A DNA stretch of 47,928 bases. Origin: a virus (Duplodnaviria; Heunggongvirae; Uroviricota; Caudoviricetes). Each line of letters starts with the position of its first letter. Positions within the stretch are counted from its first letter, which is position 1. Made by a program: the position numbers and the translations under genes. The notes under the pieces were generated by a model. It made no database searches and had not been told where the DNA came from. It worked only from the letters and a program-made list of their open reading frames with translations. This document shows, piece by piece, positions 27,701-36,434 of this stretch. The DNA lies in the IMG/VR virus record IMGVR_UViG_2541047918_000003. The stretch is one strand, 5' to 3'.

Positions 27701-29097
27701 AATAAACGCTCCGTTTTACTGCCCGACATGCGGTTATTGCTGTATCTGCGCGGATTGCCCGGCGTCATGGGAGTGGAAAGAACCCGGGCACTCTCCTGGT
27801 CCACAGGCAGAAAATGTCCGTTATGAAAACGCCGGTAAATGGTCCCGAGTGTGCCATTACGCTGTTTCGTGATGTTGATTTCTGCTATGCCTCTGGCCTG
27901 TGTATCCGGGTTATACACCTCATCCCTGTAAAGCATCAGAATGATATCGGCATCAGCCTCTATTTCCCCGGAGTTTTTCAGGTCTGAGTTCATGGGACGT
28001 TTATTGGGTCTGGATTCCACGCCTCGGGAGAGCTGGCTCAGAGCAATCAGCGGGAAACCGCCGGATTTTGCCAGGCTTTTAAGTCCCTTTGAGATTTCCC
28101 CCACAGCAAGGTCGTGACGCCCCGTGCTGCGGGTTTTAATCAGACCGAGGTAATCGACCACCACCAGCGCCGTTTCCGGGTGTTTCATCCGGTGGTGCTT
28201 CGTGGTTGCACATATCTCATCAATGGTCAGGTTTGCCTGATCCACCATCCAGATATTACGCCCCGTCATTCGTCCCACGCCCTGCGAGAAACGCGCCCAG
28301 TCTTCATCTTCAAAACGGGCAACAGACTTAAGACGGGATACCGGCATTCCACCGGCAGCAGACACCATACGTTCACCAATCTGGATGTTCGCCATCTCCA
28401 TGGTGAACAGAAGCACGCCATGCCCCTGCTCAGTCACCTTGTCGATGATGTCCAGCGCAAGTTCGGTTTTCCCCATCGAAGGACGGGCGGCAATGAATAC
28501 CAGGTCTCCGGGCTCCATACCGCCCGTTTTTGCGTCCAGTTCATCAATACCGGTCATCAGCGCCCTGGATTTCTCCAGTCCCTGATTGCGGCATTCAACA
28601 CGGTCGACCACTTCCGGAAGGACATCATCAATGTGAACCGGCTGAATGACGCCCTTTCCGGTCGACAGTGAGGCCATCATGTTCTGCACATCCTTCAGGG
28701 CATCCTCGGCTGCTTCACAGGTATACGCATCACGTAAATTCTGTAATGCTTCAGTCAGTGTTTTTTCTGCATCGCGCAGTGCGGCATTGCGCCGCAACGC
28801 TGCGACATAGTGCTCCAGTGAAGACTTCACCCAGGTTTTGCGTCCGGTGTCGGTAATCACCGGGGCAAGTTCCGGCATCTCATTGCACAGCAGTACGGGG
28901 TCAATGACGCCGGATATGCTAGCCTGTCTGCAAATCCCCGCGTAAATATCCCGGTACTGACGCACAAAAAATACATCCGCCGGAAGTGTGGCCAGAATAT
29001 CCATCACTTCCGGATCGGCCCCACGCAGAAAAAACGCACCGATGACAGCGCCTTCCAGGTCATCGTTACGCCATGCCGGGGTGTTCTGGCTGGTCAT
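27697..29097 (-). CDS. replicative DNA helicase (DnaB family)
   Basis: 466 aa; Walker A ARPSMGKTELALD; RecA-like C-terminal domain. Confidence 0.85.
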   Translation of the reverse strand: MTSQNTPAWRNDDLEGAVIGAFFLRGADPEVMDILATLPADVFFVRQYRDIYAGICRQASISGVIDPVLLCNEMPELAPVITDTGRKTWVKSSLEHYVAALRRNAALRDAEKTLTEALQNLRDAYTCEAAEDALKDVQNMMASLSTGKGVIQPVHIDDVLPEVVDRVECRNQGLEKSRALMTGIDELDAKTGGMEPGDLVFIAARPSMGKTELALDIIDKVTEQGHGVLLFTMEMANIQIGERMVSAAGGMPVSRLKSVARFEDEDWARFSQGVGRMTGRNIWMVDQANLTIDEICATTKHHRMKHPETALVVVDYLGLIKTRSTGRHDLAVGEISKGLKSLAKSGGFPLIALSQLSRGVESRPNKRPMNSDLKNSGEIEADADIILMLYRDEVYNPDTQARGIAEINITKQRNGTLGTIYRRFHNGHFLPVDQESARVLSTPMTPGNPRRYSNNRMSGSKTERLF

Positions 29098-29993
29098 GCG
29101 GCAACACCTCCGATACGAGAACGGTAGCTGGGCCAGTTAAACGACAACCAGTTGCGCCCGCCATCGGTGATTCTGTCGGCAATCCGGGGACTGATGAACG
29201 CCCACAATTCTTCCGGTGAAAGGTTGCTGATCAGGATAGTTGGCAAAATACCCTCATACCGGGCATTGATAATTTCCTGCAAAATGGCCATTTCAGCCGC
29301 ACTGCCAAACTGAACGCCGACTTCGTCGACAATCAGCAAATCCAGTGACGCATAATGCTCAATGACGTCATCCGCTGTTTTTTCACTGTCATTCCGCCAG
29401 CAGTTTTTCACAGCCCGGGTAAGGCGCATCACGTCGGTGATCTCCACACTGGCCAGATAGTTACGGATGATGTGTTTTGCCATTGATACCGCCAGATGAT
29501 TTTTCCCGGTACCGCAACTGCCGGTCATAACAAGACTGGTACCGTTCTCCAGCATATCTGGCCAGTTCTCCGCATAGCGGCGACAGGCCGCAAGATTTCT
29601 GGCTGCGTCAGGATTAACCTCCAGATAATTATCAAACTCGCAGTCCCGAAAACGCAGAGCAATTCCGGCGTTATCAGTCAGTTCTTCCGCCTTGAGGGAC
29701 GACAGTTCCATGGTCAAATCACTGGCCTCAGCGATCAAGCAGTCAGGGCAGCATGAAATTTTTTCTCTGTCCTCGCCATTACGATCGATCCACACCAGTA
29801 TATGCGTACGATATTTACCGTGTTTTTCGCAATATCCGCGACCTTCACGCATCAGGCAGGAACGATAAGGCCATGGCTTTTCGCCCTTCTGAGCAAATGC
29901 AATCTCTGCCCGTAACTCATCCATTTCTGCCCGTAACTCATCCATTCGCGCCTGTAGTCTTGTTTGTTTCTCACGTTGGTCAATCGTCATCAT
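29094..29993 (-). CDS. DnaC-like helicase loader (IstB-like AAA+ ATPase)
   Basis: Walker A GSCGTGKNHLA; Walker B LLIVDEVG; ATG at 29993 with GAGGTGA upstream. Confidence 0.8.
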   Translation of the reverse strand: MMTIDQREKQTRLQARMDELRAEMDELRAEIAFAQKGEKPWPYRSCLMREGRGYCEKHGKYRTHILVWIDRNGEDREKISCCPDCLIAEASDLTMELSSLKAEELTDNAGIALRFRDCEFDNYLEVNPDAARNLAACRRYAENWPDMLENGTSLVMTGSCGTGKNHLAVSMAKHIIRNYLASVEITDVMRLTRAVKNCWRNDSEKTADDVIEHYASLDLLIVDEVGVQFGSAAEMAILQEIINARYEGILPTILISNLSPEELWAFISPRIADRITDGGRNWLSFNWPSYRSRIGGVAA

Positions 29994-30003
29994 CGCTGTC
30001 ACC

Positions 30004-30930
30004 TCAGAATGTCAATTTGTTACTGGATTTACCGAATTTGTCAGACATGGCTCCCAGGCCAGCCAGGACATCGACCTGTCGCTGTCGCCCACCTCCGTGA
30101 GCGGCTGGCTGTTGCCAGTAATCTTCGAAGTGACGATCGGGTCCAAAGAACGTCGCAGCCTGCTTCACGAACTGTGTGCCGGTATTTCCTGTAGCACGTA
30201 CCCAGGCGGCATACCGCTTCACGCCATCAAGCATGGTCTCCGGTTTTATTCCCTCCCTGATACGGGCTTTCCAGGCTTTGAAGGCTGCTGATTTGGAATT
30301 GCCACCAGCACGTTTGGGATATTCCTGCCAGGCCTGTTCAAATTCCGGTGAATATTCCTGTCTGGCAGAACGCGCTGGTGCAGACGCGTCAGCGGATGCG
30401 CCAATATCTTGCGGTTCATGTTTTGAATTTACTGGTGGTTCATGTTTTAAACCTTGTGGATCTGGAGTCAGATTCTGAAGGGTCAAACGCGTATTTTTGC
30501 CAGAATCTGAAGGGTCAAACACGCCTGAACATACAGATTCTGACGGTTCAGATTTTGAAGGTTCAGAATCTGAAGGGTCACGTAATACTGAAAGTCTGCG
30601 CTGCTGTTTCAGTTCTGCAACCTTATCCCGCTCAGTTCTGGCAAGCTGCTCAAGCCGATCAGCATTCAGATGATAAAGATTGGACGTATTACGGTTACCT
30701 TTGCGGCGTGACTGACGCGTCAGCCAGCCATCAGCCTCCAGTTCGGAGATTGCCGTTCTGACTGTACTTTCTCCCAATCCAAGCTGTCGACATATGGTTT
30801 CAACACCCGGGTAGCACACCCCGTCATCATTCGAATAATCAGCCAGGCGCGCCATAATCATCAGTTTTGCACCTTTGACGCCATATGCTGCGCATGCATC
30901 CCAGACATTACCGAGGATCTTGCTACTCAT
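30004..30930 (-). CDS. replication initiator (O-like) with internal origin iterons
   Basis: 308 aa; N-terminal winged-helix-like region; low-complexity linker encoded by the iterons; heads the replication operon. Confidence 0.7.
   Translation of the reverse strand: MSSKILGNVWDACAAYGVKGAKLMIMARLADYSNDDGVCYPGVETICRQLGLGESTVRTAISELEADGWLTRQSRRKGNRNTSNLYHLNADRLEQLARTERDKVAELKQQRRLSVLRDPSDSEPSKSEPSESVCSGVFDPSDSGKNTRLTLQNLTPDPQGLKHEPPVNSKHEPQDIGASADASAPARSARQEYSPEFEQAWQEYPKRAGGNSKSAAFKAWKARIREGIKPETMLDGVKRYAAWVRATGNTGTQFVKQAATFFGPDRHFEDYWQQPAAHGGGRQRQVDVLAGLGAMSDKFGKSSNKLTF
30468..30580. repeat. origin iterons inside the initiator gene
   Basis: Five copies of a CAGAWTCTGAAGGGTCA-like 17-20-bp motif; a nearby GGTTCATGTTTT pair at 30410-30450. 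Confidence 0.6.
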
Positions 30931-31151
30931 ACGACACCTCCCAGACGCTTAAACATTTTTCCGGACTGAAACGCCACCAGCGGGTAACTCAGGGTATAAG
31001 TACGCCCCTGCACCTGGCAGACAACCTTCTGACTTTCTGCATTGACCAGGCAAACCCGCAGAACGAGGCCGTTGCTGGTGGTAAACCACTGCCCCACTCG
31101 GGGGCAACGGTTGTATCGGTGATACAGGGAATTAACGATGTGGCGGATCAT
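30927..31151 (-). CDS. hypothetical small protein (74 aa)
   Basis: ATGA overlaps with both neighbours. Confidence 0.4.
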   Translation of the reverse strand: MIRHIVNSLYHRYNRCPRVGQWFTTSNGLVLRVCLVNAESQKVVCQVQGRTYTLSYPLVAFQSGKMFKRLGGVV

Positions 31152-31342
31152 GGACGCACCTCCGCCGTAGTTACGTATTTAACCGGGCTACCTTTCATTG
31201 AGATGGTTTCACACATCTCTGCCGCTTTCAGTTCCGCTGTTTTTCTGGATTTATAGCGACGGTGCCAGACAGATACATCCGTGCGAACTGATACATCGTT
31301 TCTGTATTCCGTAGTGGAGATGATGATTTCGTAACTAATCAT
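31148..31342 (-). CDS. hypothetical small protein (64 aa)
   Basis: Strong AAGGAGG RBS; ATGA overlaps with both neighbours. Confidence 0.45.
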   Translation of the reverse strand: MISYEIIISTTEYRNDVSVRTDVSVWHRRYKSRKTAELKAAEMCETISMKGSPVKYVTTAEVRP

Positions 31343-32205
31343 GGGCGAACCTCCTTGTCAGAACCATTCAGCCTAGAATCAACAAGTGCAGCGCCAAAAA
31401 CAGCATCACCAACACGGTCGTACAGTTTGCTAGCCAGCGGAGATTCAACGGCCTTAAGCATTGGATAAAGCTGGCTTGTCCAGATTTGATGGATTTCACG
31501 CAAATGCAGGTATACGCCTCTGGCGTTTCGTGCGACAGCTGACATATCAGACGCATCGGCACCTGATAAACTCTTCTCCATCAGGTTAAAGGCGTTGATG
31601 TATGCCTCTTTGAACCGGGCAGCACGTTTACCCGTGAAACCCATAGCAAGAAATGCAAAACCGTCTCGTGTGATTTGATAGCAAGGGAGCTTGCGTGTAC
31701 CGCCGTTCGGTTGATTTACCGAAATCGATGTCTCCGCAAAATTGCGGGCACAAAACTCTGGAGAACAATCCAAAATGCGAATCTTTTTCAGAACATCGTC
31801 ATGACGTTTAGAGAAGAAGTCAGCAACAGCCAAAGAAGATGTAACAGCCTGACCATCAACGATGGCAATTTCAGGTTGAGAGAGGGTTGGGAGAGTAGTC
31901 ATAGTGACAGCCCCGGTAGTCAGTTTTTTAGAAAACTCACCACATGGGACGCCAATCACAGAGGTGGTGAGACGTACAGGGTTGGCGTTACCGGAGACTA
32001 CCGAACCCGGCCCGACCGAAGTCGGCCCTGTACGCCCCACCATAATTTGGGCGTAGCAATGCTCATGACACGAAAAAACCGCATGAGCGCGGTTATGCTC
32101 AGTAATCAATTTCAGGACGCCAATCCCGGCACCCGCTTTATAAGGTGCGGAGACAGTGTAACGTCCCGAAATTGCAGAATCAATATTTGGTCTTGAAATG
32201 ATCAT
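31339..32205 (-). CDS. Rha-family phage regulatory protein; start uncertain (alternative ATG at 31902)
   Basis: Central motif AIVDGQAVTSSLAVADFFSKRHDDVLKKIR; no strong RBS at any candidate start. Confidence 0.55.
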   Translation of the reverse strand: MIISRPNIDSAISGRYTVSAPYKAGAGIGVLKLITEHNRAHAVFSCHEHCYAQIMVGRTGPTSVGPGSVVSGNANPVRLTTSVIGVPCGEFSKKLTTGAVTMTTLPTLSQPEIAIVDGQAVTSSLAVADFFSKRHDDVLKKIRILDCSPEFCARNFAETSISVNQPNGGTRKLPCYQITRDGFAFLAMGFTGKRAARFKEAYINAFNLMEKSLSGADASDMSAVARNARGVYLHLREIHQIWTSQLYPMLKAVESPLASKLYDRVGDAVFGAALVDSRLNGSDKEVRP

Positions 32206-32228
32206 ATAGCTGCTGATATCTTTAGAAC

Positions 32229-32314
32229 TGTTCTTGGATGTTTCGGAGCCGTTTTATGCGAAACAGCTCCCCGTTATTGATGTTGAGTGAGCCGGGTTAC
32301 TCCCGGCTTTTTTT
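32229..32314 (+). ncRNA. candidate OOP-like antisense RNA
   Basis: Plus-strand terminator GCCGGG TTACT CCCGGC plus T7 (32291-32314) in a region of minus-strand genes; possible TTGAAA-N18-TATCTT promoter about 85 nt upstream. Confidence 0.3.
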
Positions 32315-33021
32315 CACCGCTGCCAACCAATAACCTGAAATAACCCCATTTTCGGGTGATACCAGCGAGTCCCTCGCGGTTCTGCTTCCTCCATAACCCG
32401 ATAAAAAGCAGCCATAAACGGTTCCACAGCAACAATTGCGCGACGTGACAACAATCCGTCCGGCGTCATGAACTCATGGGTGTCTGTAGGAATCTGATAG
32501 GCGTTCACCAGATTGCGGCATTTATCATCTGACAAACCGGTTTTTGCTTTCAGTTGGCGATATCCGGCATAGCCCTCACGAATAGTGCCCTTTTTAATTT
32601 GCTCGACTGTTTCAGCAACGTGGCTGACTTTTTCTTCCACCTGAGTGATCCGTTTCTGCTGACGAACTGCTTCAAGAGCCATCGCGGCAACCATTTCGAT
32701 TTCGCTCATTGGCTTACGGATCTGTTCTTCCAGTTCGCGCCAGCGATCTACCAGGCGAGCAGTGAATTCAGGACAGAGCTGTGCGACGACAATGATGCTG
32801 TCGCGCTTACCTTGTTCTCCTTCAAACAGGTAATGCTCATATTGAACTTTAAAACCTAAGTTATTGATTCTTTCGGAAACCTCAATTTGAGGAGACCGGA
32901 CAACGCCACCTTTGGCTAATGTTTCAATAGTGCGTTTCACATTGTCATGACGTTTACCCACCAGCTCTGCAATTTCAACGCTGGTCATGGATGCTTTGCC
33001 GTTAAAAATTGCGGTGTTCAT
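32314..33021 (-). CDS. Rha-family phage regulatory protein, antirepressor-like
   Basis: 235 aa; N-terminal motif TSVEIAELVGKRHDNVKRTIETL; AGGAGA RBS. Confidence 0.65.
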   Translation of the reverse strand: MNTAIFNGKASMTSVEIAELVGKRHDNVKRTIETLAKGGVVRSPQIEVSERINNLGFKVQYEHYLFEGEQGKRDSIIVVAQLCPEFTARLVDRWRELEEQIRKPMSEIEMVAAMALEAVRQQKRITQVEEKVSHVAETVEQIKKGTIREGYAGYRQLKAKTGLSDDKCRNLVNAYQIPTDTHEFMTPDGLLSRRAIVAVEPFMAAFYRVMEEAEPRGTRWYHPKMGLFQVIGWQR

Positions 33022-33245
33022 TGTTGGTCTCCTGTGGGCTTGTCATCTTCTGTATTCGCTAGACTTGGGTGTGTATATGGAATGCTCGTATCCAGATGAC
33101 AAAGAATGGCAACATCCTCCGGAACACCTCGCGTTTTCCACTTTCCAACACCTTGACTGCCACGAGGCCTTCCTTTCTTTGGGAACCTGCGACCAATAGC
33201 GGCATTGGTTTTAAATTGAATTTTTAATATTTCATAAAGGGTCAT
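33018..33245 (-). CDS. possible Cro-position early regulator
   Basis: 75-aa basic ORF, first on the minus strand after the operator region; weak RBS; no clear helix-turn-helix. Confidence 0.3.
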   Translation of the reverse strand: MTLYEILKIQFKTNAAIGRRFPKKGRPRGSQGVGKWKTRGVPEDVAILCHLDTSIPYTHPSLANTEDDKPTGDQQ

Positions 33246-33356
33246 TCTTTAGTCTCACACCAGATACTTTGTTATCCAACGATGTTAACCACAGGAACCC
33301 AAAGTATCAAGAAATTCTGTTACTTTAGTATCAACAGCCATGAGAGGAGAAGAAAA
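33246..33356. promoter_or_regulatory. right operator/promoter region (OR-like)
   Basis: 111-bp divergent region between the cro-like gene and cI with repeated GTATCAA/TTGATAC-type half-sites. Confidence 0.5.
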
Positions 33357-34013
33357 ATGAAGTCTTTAGGTGAACGTCTCATCAACGCACGGCAAAAAGC
33401 TGGGTTAACACAAGATGCGTTGGCTAAAAAAGCTGGGGTCACCAGAGTTGCAATCAGTAAAGCCGAGCAAGGCCTTACAAAAAGTTTCAACGGTGACACC
33501 CTTTTTAAAGTTGCAGCTGCACTGCAGTGTTCACCGCAGTGGCTTCAGAACGGAGATGAAAAAGATAAGCATTGGGAAAATAATGTTAAGAGCTGCCCAC
33601 AGAGAGACACAGCATACTCTTACCCTGTAATTAACTGGGTTCAGGCAGGATTATTCGCAACTTCTGGTGATGACTACAACATGTATGATCAGGATAATTG
33701 GAGGCATTCTGTAAAATACGCTGGTGAGAGGGGGTTCTGGCTGGAAGTGCACGGAGACTCAATGACTTCGCCCGTAGGAATAACATTTCCTGAAGGAATG
33801 TCGATCCTTGTCAACCCAGATAAAGAAGTTTTTTCAGGGTGTTACGTCATCGCCAGAAAAAAATCTACCAATGAAGCAACATTCAAAAAATATATTTCTG
33901 AAATGGGAAAGGCGTTTCTAAAGCCCCTTAATCCACAATATCCAATCATAGAAATGGACAATGATTGCGAAATAGTAGGTGTTGTGGTTGATGCCAGGTG
34001 GGATATTTTCTAA
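33357..34013 (+). CDS. cI: CI-like repressor (XRE helix-turn-helix plus S24 LexA-like peptidase)
   Basis: MKSLGERLINARQKAGLTQDALAKKAGV... helix-turn-helix; C-terminal peptidase-like domain; AGGAGA RBS. Confidence 0.85.
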   Translation: MKSLGERLINARQKAGLTQDALAKKAGVTRVAISKAEQGLTKSFNGDTLFKVAAALQCSPQWLQNGDEKDKHWENNVKSCPQRDTAYSYPVINWVQAGLFATSGDDYNMYDQDNWRHSVKYAGERGFWLEVHGDSMTSPVGITFPEGMSILVNPDKEVFSGCYVIARKKSTNEATFKKYISEMGKAFLKPLNPQYPIIEMDNDCEIVGVVVDARWDIF

Positions 34014-34029
34014 CCAGACACAAAACACA

Positions 34030-34100
34030 AAAAGAAACCAAAGTATCAAAAATCACTTGCCACACCTTGATACCTTAGTTACCATAAAACAAAGTTCGTA
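34030..34100. promoter_or_regulatory. left operator/promoter region (OL-like)
   Basis: Inverted GTATCAA ... TTGATAC pair matching the half-site seen in the OR region. Confidence 0.4.
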
Positions 34101-34116
34101 ACTGAGGTATCATCTC

Positions 34117-34533
34117 ATGATCAATAAAGCTACAACTCTTGACTGTCTCGAAGAACTGAAAAACCTCGGCAGCCTCATTACACTAATAGCAAAAGCAACA
34201 CCTGATGCTACGCTCTCTAGCGATATAGAGTCATGCGCAGGACTGGCATGGGATATGACAAATAGCATATCCAGAAAGCTATCGTCAGCAATGCTTTTAC
34301 AGAACAAAAATTCTGCAATCAACAACCGTCTTCGCACCCAACGCGAAGCCTGCGGCTTAACAACCGCCGAACTCGCCAGGCTGCTCGATCTCGATGAAGA
34401 AATTATCATCCAGTGGGAGAGCGGAGAGTATGAACCAACTATCAGTATGCTTATCCCACTGGCAAATATTCTTGGCTGCGATCCGATGTGGCTGTTAACT
34501 GGCGAAACGGCAGCAAAGGATATCTGCGCATGA
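34117..34533 (+). CDS. helix-turn-helix (XRE-type) protein with unknown N-terminal domain
   Basis: 138 aa; C-terminal GLTTAELARLLDLDEEIIIQWESGEYEPTISMLIPLANILGCDPMWLL; GAGGT RBS; first gene after the OL-like region. Confidence 0.6.
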   Translation: MINKATTLDCLEELKNLGSLITLIAKATPDATLSSDIESCAGLAWDMTNSISRKLSSAMLLQNKNSAINNRLRTQREACGLTTAELARLLDLDEEIIIQWESGEYEPTISMLIPLANILGCDPMWLLTGETAAKDICA

Positions 34534-34772
34534 AAAACTGTGATGCTTACCATATTTGTCTCATTGGTGAATTGCTTGATTTCATACAAAAAAGCACTGC
34601 GCGCAATAATAAAAATATAACATATGGTGATCTGGTAATAATTTCAGAGGATATAAAGAGCATCGCTCTTAAATTCAAGAGCGACGCGAGTATTGATGAC
34701 GCTATTTACGCTTATCTTGCGAAAATAATTGACGGATCCAAAATCCAGCCTCTGGATGAACCTCGTCAGTGA
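34530..34772 (+). CDS. hypothetical protein (80 aa)
   Basis: ATGA overlap with the upstream gene; AT-rich. Confidence 0.4.
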   Translation: MKNCDAYHICLIGELLDFIQKSTARNNKNITYGDLVIISEDIKSIALKFKSDASIDDAIYAYLAKIIDGSKIQPLDEPRQ

Positions 34773-34929
34773 AAAACTCCTTTGATGAAGATGAGAACTG
34801 CTTCATAAACTTTACTTTATCTTCAGGTGAAACTACCTGACGAATTAATGCGGAGATAGCAACTTTGTGCCAAATTAATTCTTTTTTGAGTTCTGAAATC
34901 TCTTTTTCGAGTTGCTCTGCGTTAATCAT
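34702..34929 (-). CDS. hypothetical coiled-coil protein (75 aa), convergent with 34530-34772
   Basis: Strong GGAGG RBS 5 nt before the ATG at 34929; overlaps the neighbour's 3' end by 71 nt. Confidence 0.4.
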   Translation of the reverse strand: MINAEQLEKEISELKKELIWHKVAISALIRQVVSPEDKVKFMKQFSSSSKEFFTDEVHPEAGFWIRQLFSQDKRK

Positions 34930-35108
34930 TTATCCTCCATTGAGAGCTGAATTGAAAATGGGGACCAACACGCGGCTACGTGTGGTCGTGCGCCGGACAC
35001 GGATAAGCATCCGGTAACTGATTATCAATCATTGCGGAAACAGTCTCAATATGAAAACACTTCTGAGACTCGCTATATAGCAGGACATATAAGTCAGCTG
35101 AGGAAGCC

Positions 35109-35474
35109 ATGAAAAAGTTCGAAAACATAACTGTTCTCCATGTTGATGACTTTGATTATACAAACCCGGAACTTCTCCCGGAGGTTGTAAAGGCAATAGA
35201 TGTTGCCGATATAGTGATTAGAGGAAAGAGAATTGTCAAAAACAGGCTCGCATGCACTTCAGAAGCAATGACAGAAACAACCTCACAGCAAGATAATTAC
35301 GAAGGCATTTGTCTGGAGCCTGATTCATTTGCGGTAAATGTTTATCATTTATTGCATGCAACACAGGTATTACATATGTCCAGTAATCACGAAACGAAAA
35401 CACTCGGCAGCGAAATTCTGAATTTTGCATGTGAGTATGCAAAAACTGCTGCCGAAAAAGAATTAGCGCAATAA
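35109..35474 (+). CDS. hypothetical protein (121 aa)
   Basis: GAGGAAG RBS; possible hairpin plus T-run after the stop. Confidence 0.5.
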   Translation: MKKFENITVLHVDDFDYTNPELLPEVVKAIDVADIVIRGKRIVKNRLACTSEAMTETTSQQDNYEGICLEPDSFAVNVYHLLHATQVLHMSSNHETKTLGSEILNFACEYAKTAAEKELAQ

Positions 35475-35552
35475 CAACAAATATGCTCTGAACGTTTATT
35501 GCGGTTTTATCGCCGGGGATTGTTACAATCTTAATCCACAGGAGGATTTATT

Positions 35553-35666
35553 ATGACTTTTATAAAGAATATGGCATCACACAAGACCGCCTGTCTTATT
35601 GCACAATACGGTGAAAATTACATGCATATTGCCTGCTTATTTCTGCGTAAAGCATACGGGAAATAA
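35553..35666 (+). CDS. candidate 37-aa leader peptide
   Basis: ATG preceded by AGGAGG; stop 3 nt before the next ATG; too short for the ORF track. Confidence 0.3.
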   Translation: MTFIKNMASHKTACLIAQYGENYMHIACLFLRKAYGK

Positions 35667-35669
35667 CAA

Positions 35670-36029
35670 ATGACACATGAACCCATTAATACATATCGTC
35701 GCCGTATAGCTGTTGCAGCACTCCATCGAATAAAACGTAAAACAGGTGGTGATCTGCTTATTGTTGACCTTCTGGATGGGAACATTACGACCATAGAAAT
35801 AACAGAACAGTTTATAAACCAGTTGCTGTTGCGCTTTGAAGATATTACCCGTGGTGAATTGGGTCGAGTGGAGGGTGAAACAGAATTCCGAACTGCATAC
35901 CAGAATGCCATCGGGATTAATCAACATACTGAATACCAGGCTGAAACCGGAAAGTTAATTATAGACAACCTTTTACAAGAGGTTATTGATTACGCGAAAG
36001 AAAAATATATCAGCGGAGGAATTAACTGA
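35670..36029 (+). CDS. hypothetical protein (119 aa)
   Basis: First gene of a four-gene overlapping operon. Confidence 0.5.
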   Translation: MTHEPINTYRRRIAVAALHRIKRKTGGDLLIVDLLDGNITTIEITEQFINQLLLRFEDITRGELGRVEGETEFRTAYQNAIGINQHTEYQAETGKLIIDNLLQEVIDYAKEKYISGGIN

Positions 36030-36244
36030 TGGCTAATTTATCCCCTGTATCTGTTGTGCACGAAAAAGTGCAGATCGTTATGACAATTGAAAATGGCCAG
36101 GTAACAGATGTCTGCAAAGTCCGCGATGGAGAGCTGATTGCCAGCATGGATACATTCATATGGCTGGCAGAAAGAGCGGGGTATCAGATAACAGCACCTG
36201 CTCAGGAGGAAACCAGTGACATTAACAGCAACGCGAATTCCTGA
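36029..36244 (+). CDS. hypothetical protein (71 aa)
   Basis: GGAGG RBS; start overlaps the upstream stop. Confidence 0.45.
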   Translation: MANLSPVSVVHEKVQIVMTIENGQVTDVCKVRDGELIASMDTFIWLAERAGYQITAPAQEETSDINSNANS

Positions 36245-36434
36245 GTGGGTCCACCAGCAGGCGTTGCTGGTCCTGCGGCGGTACAGATGCCGACGTATAT
36301 TCCCGCATCGGATACAGCGCAACGGATATCTCAGTCTGAAGGTTAACCGTCGCTGGCGGCTGTTATCGAAAGACGACGGCCGGAACTGGGAAATAATGAG
36401 TCATGAACGTTATTCGGGAGAAATAAAGAAATGA
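36216..36434 (+). CDS. hypothetical basic protein (72 aa)
   Basis: GTG start with AGGAGG RBS; Arg-rich; overlaps both neighbours. Confidence 0.4.
   Translation: MTLTATRIPEWVHQQALLVLRRYRCRRIFPHRIQRNGYLSLKVNRRWRLLSKDDGRNWEIMSHERYSGEIKK

Noticed and set aside
33282-33356. Upstream ATG giving a 243-aa cI
   Set aside because: It would leave only 36 bp for the operator region and has no RBS; the ATG at 33357 has an AGGAGA RBS and starts at the helix-turn-helix.
34117-34533. N-type antiterminator as the first early-left gene
   Set aside because: The protein has no arginine-rich N-terminus and instead carries an XRE helix-turn-helix; no boxA/boxB-like nut site was seen nearby.
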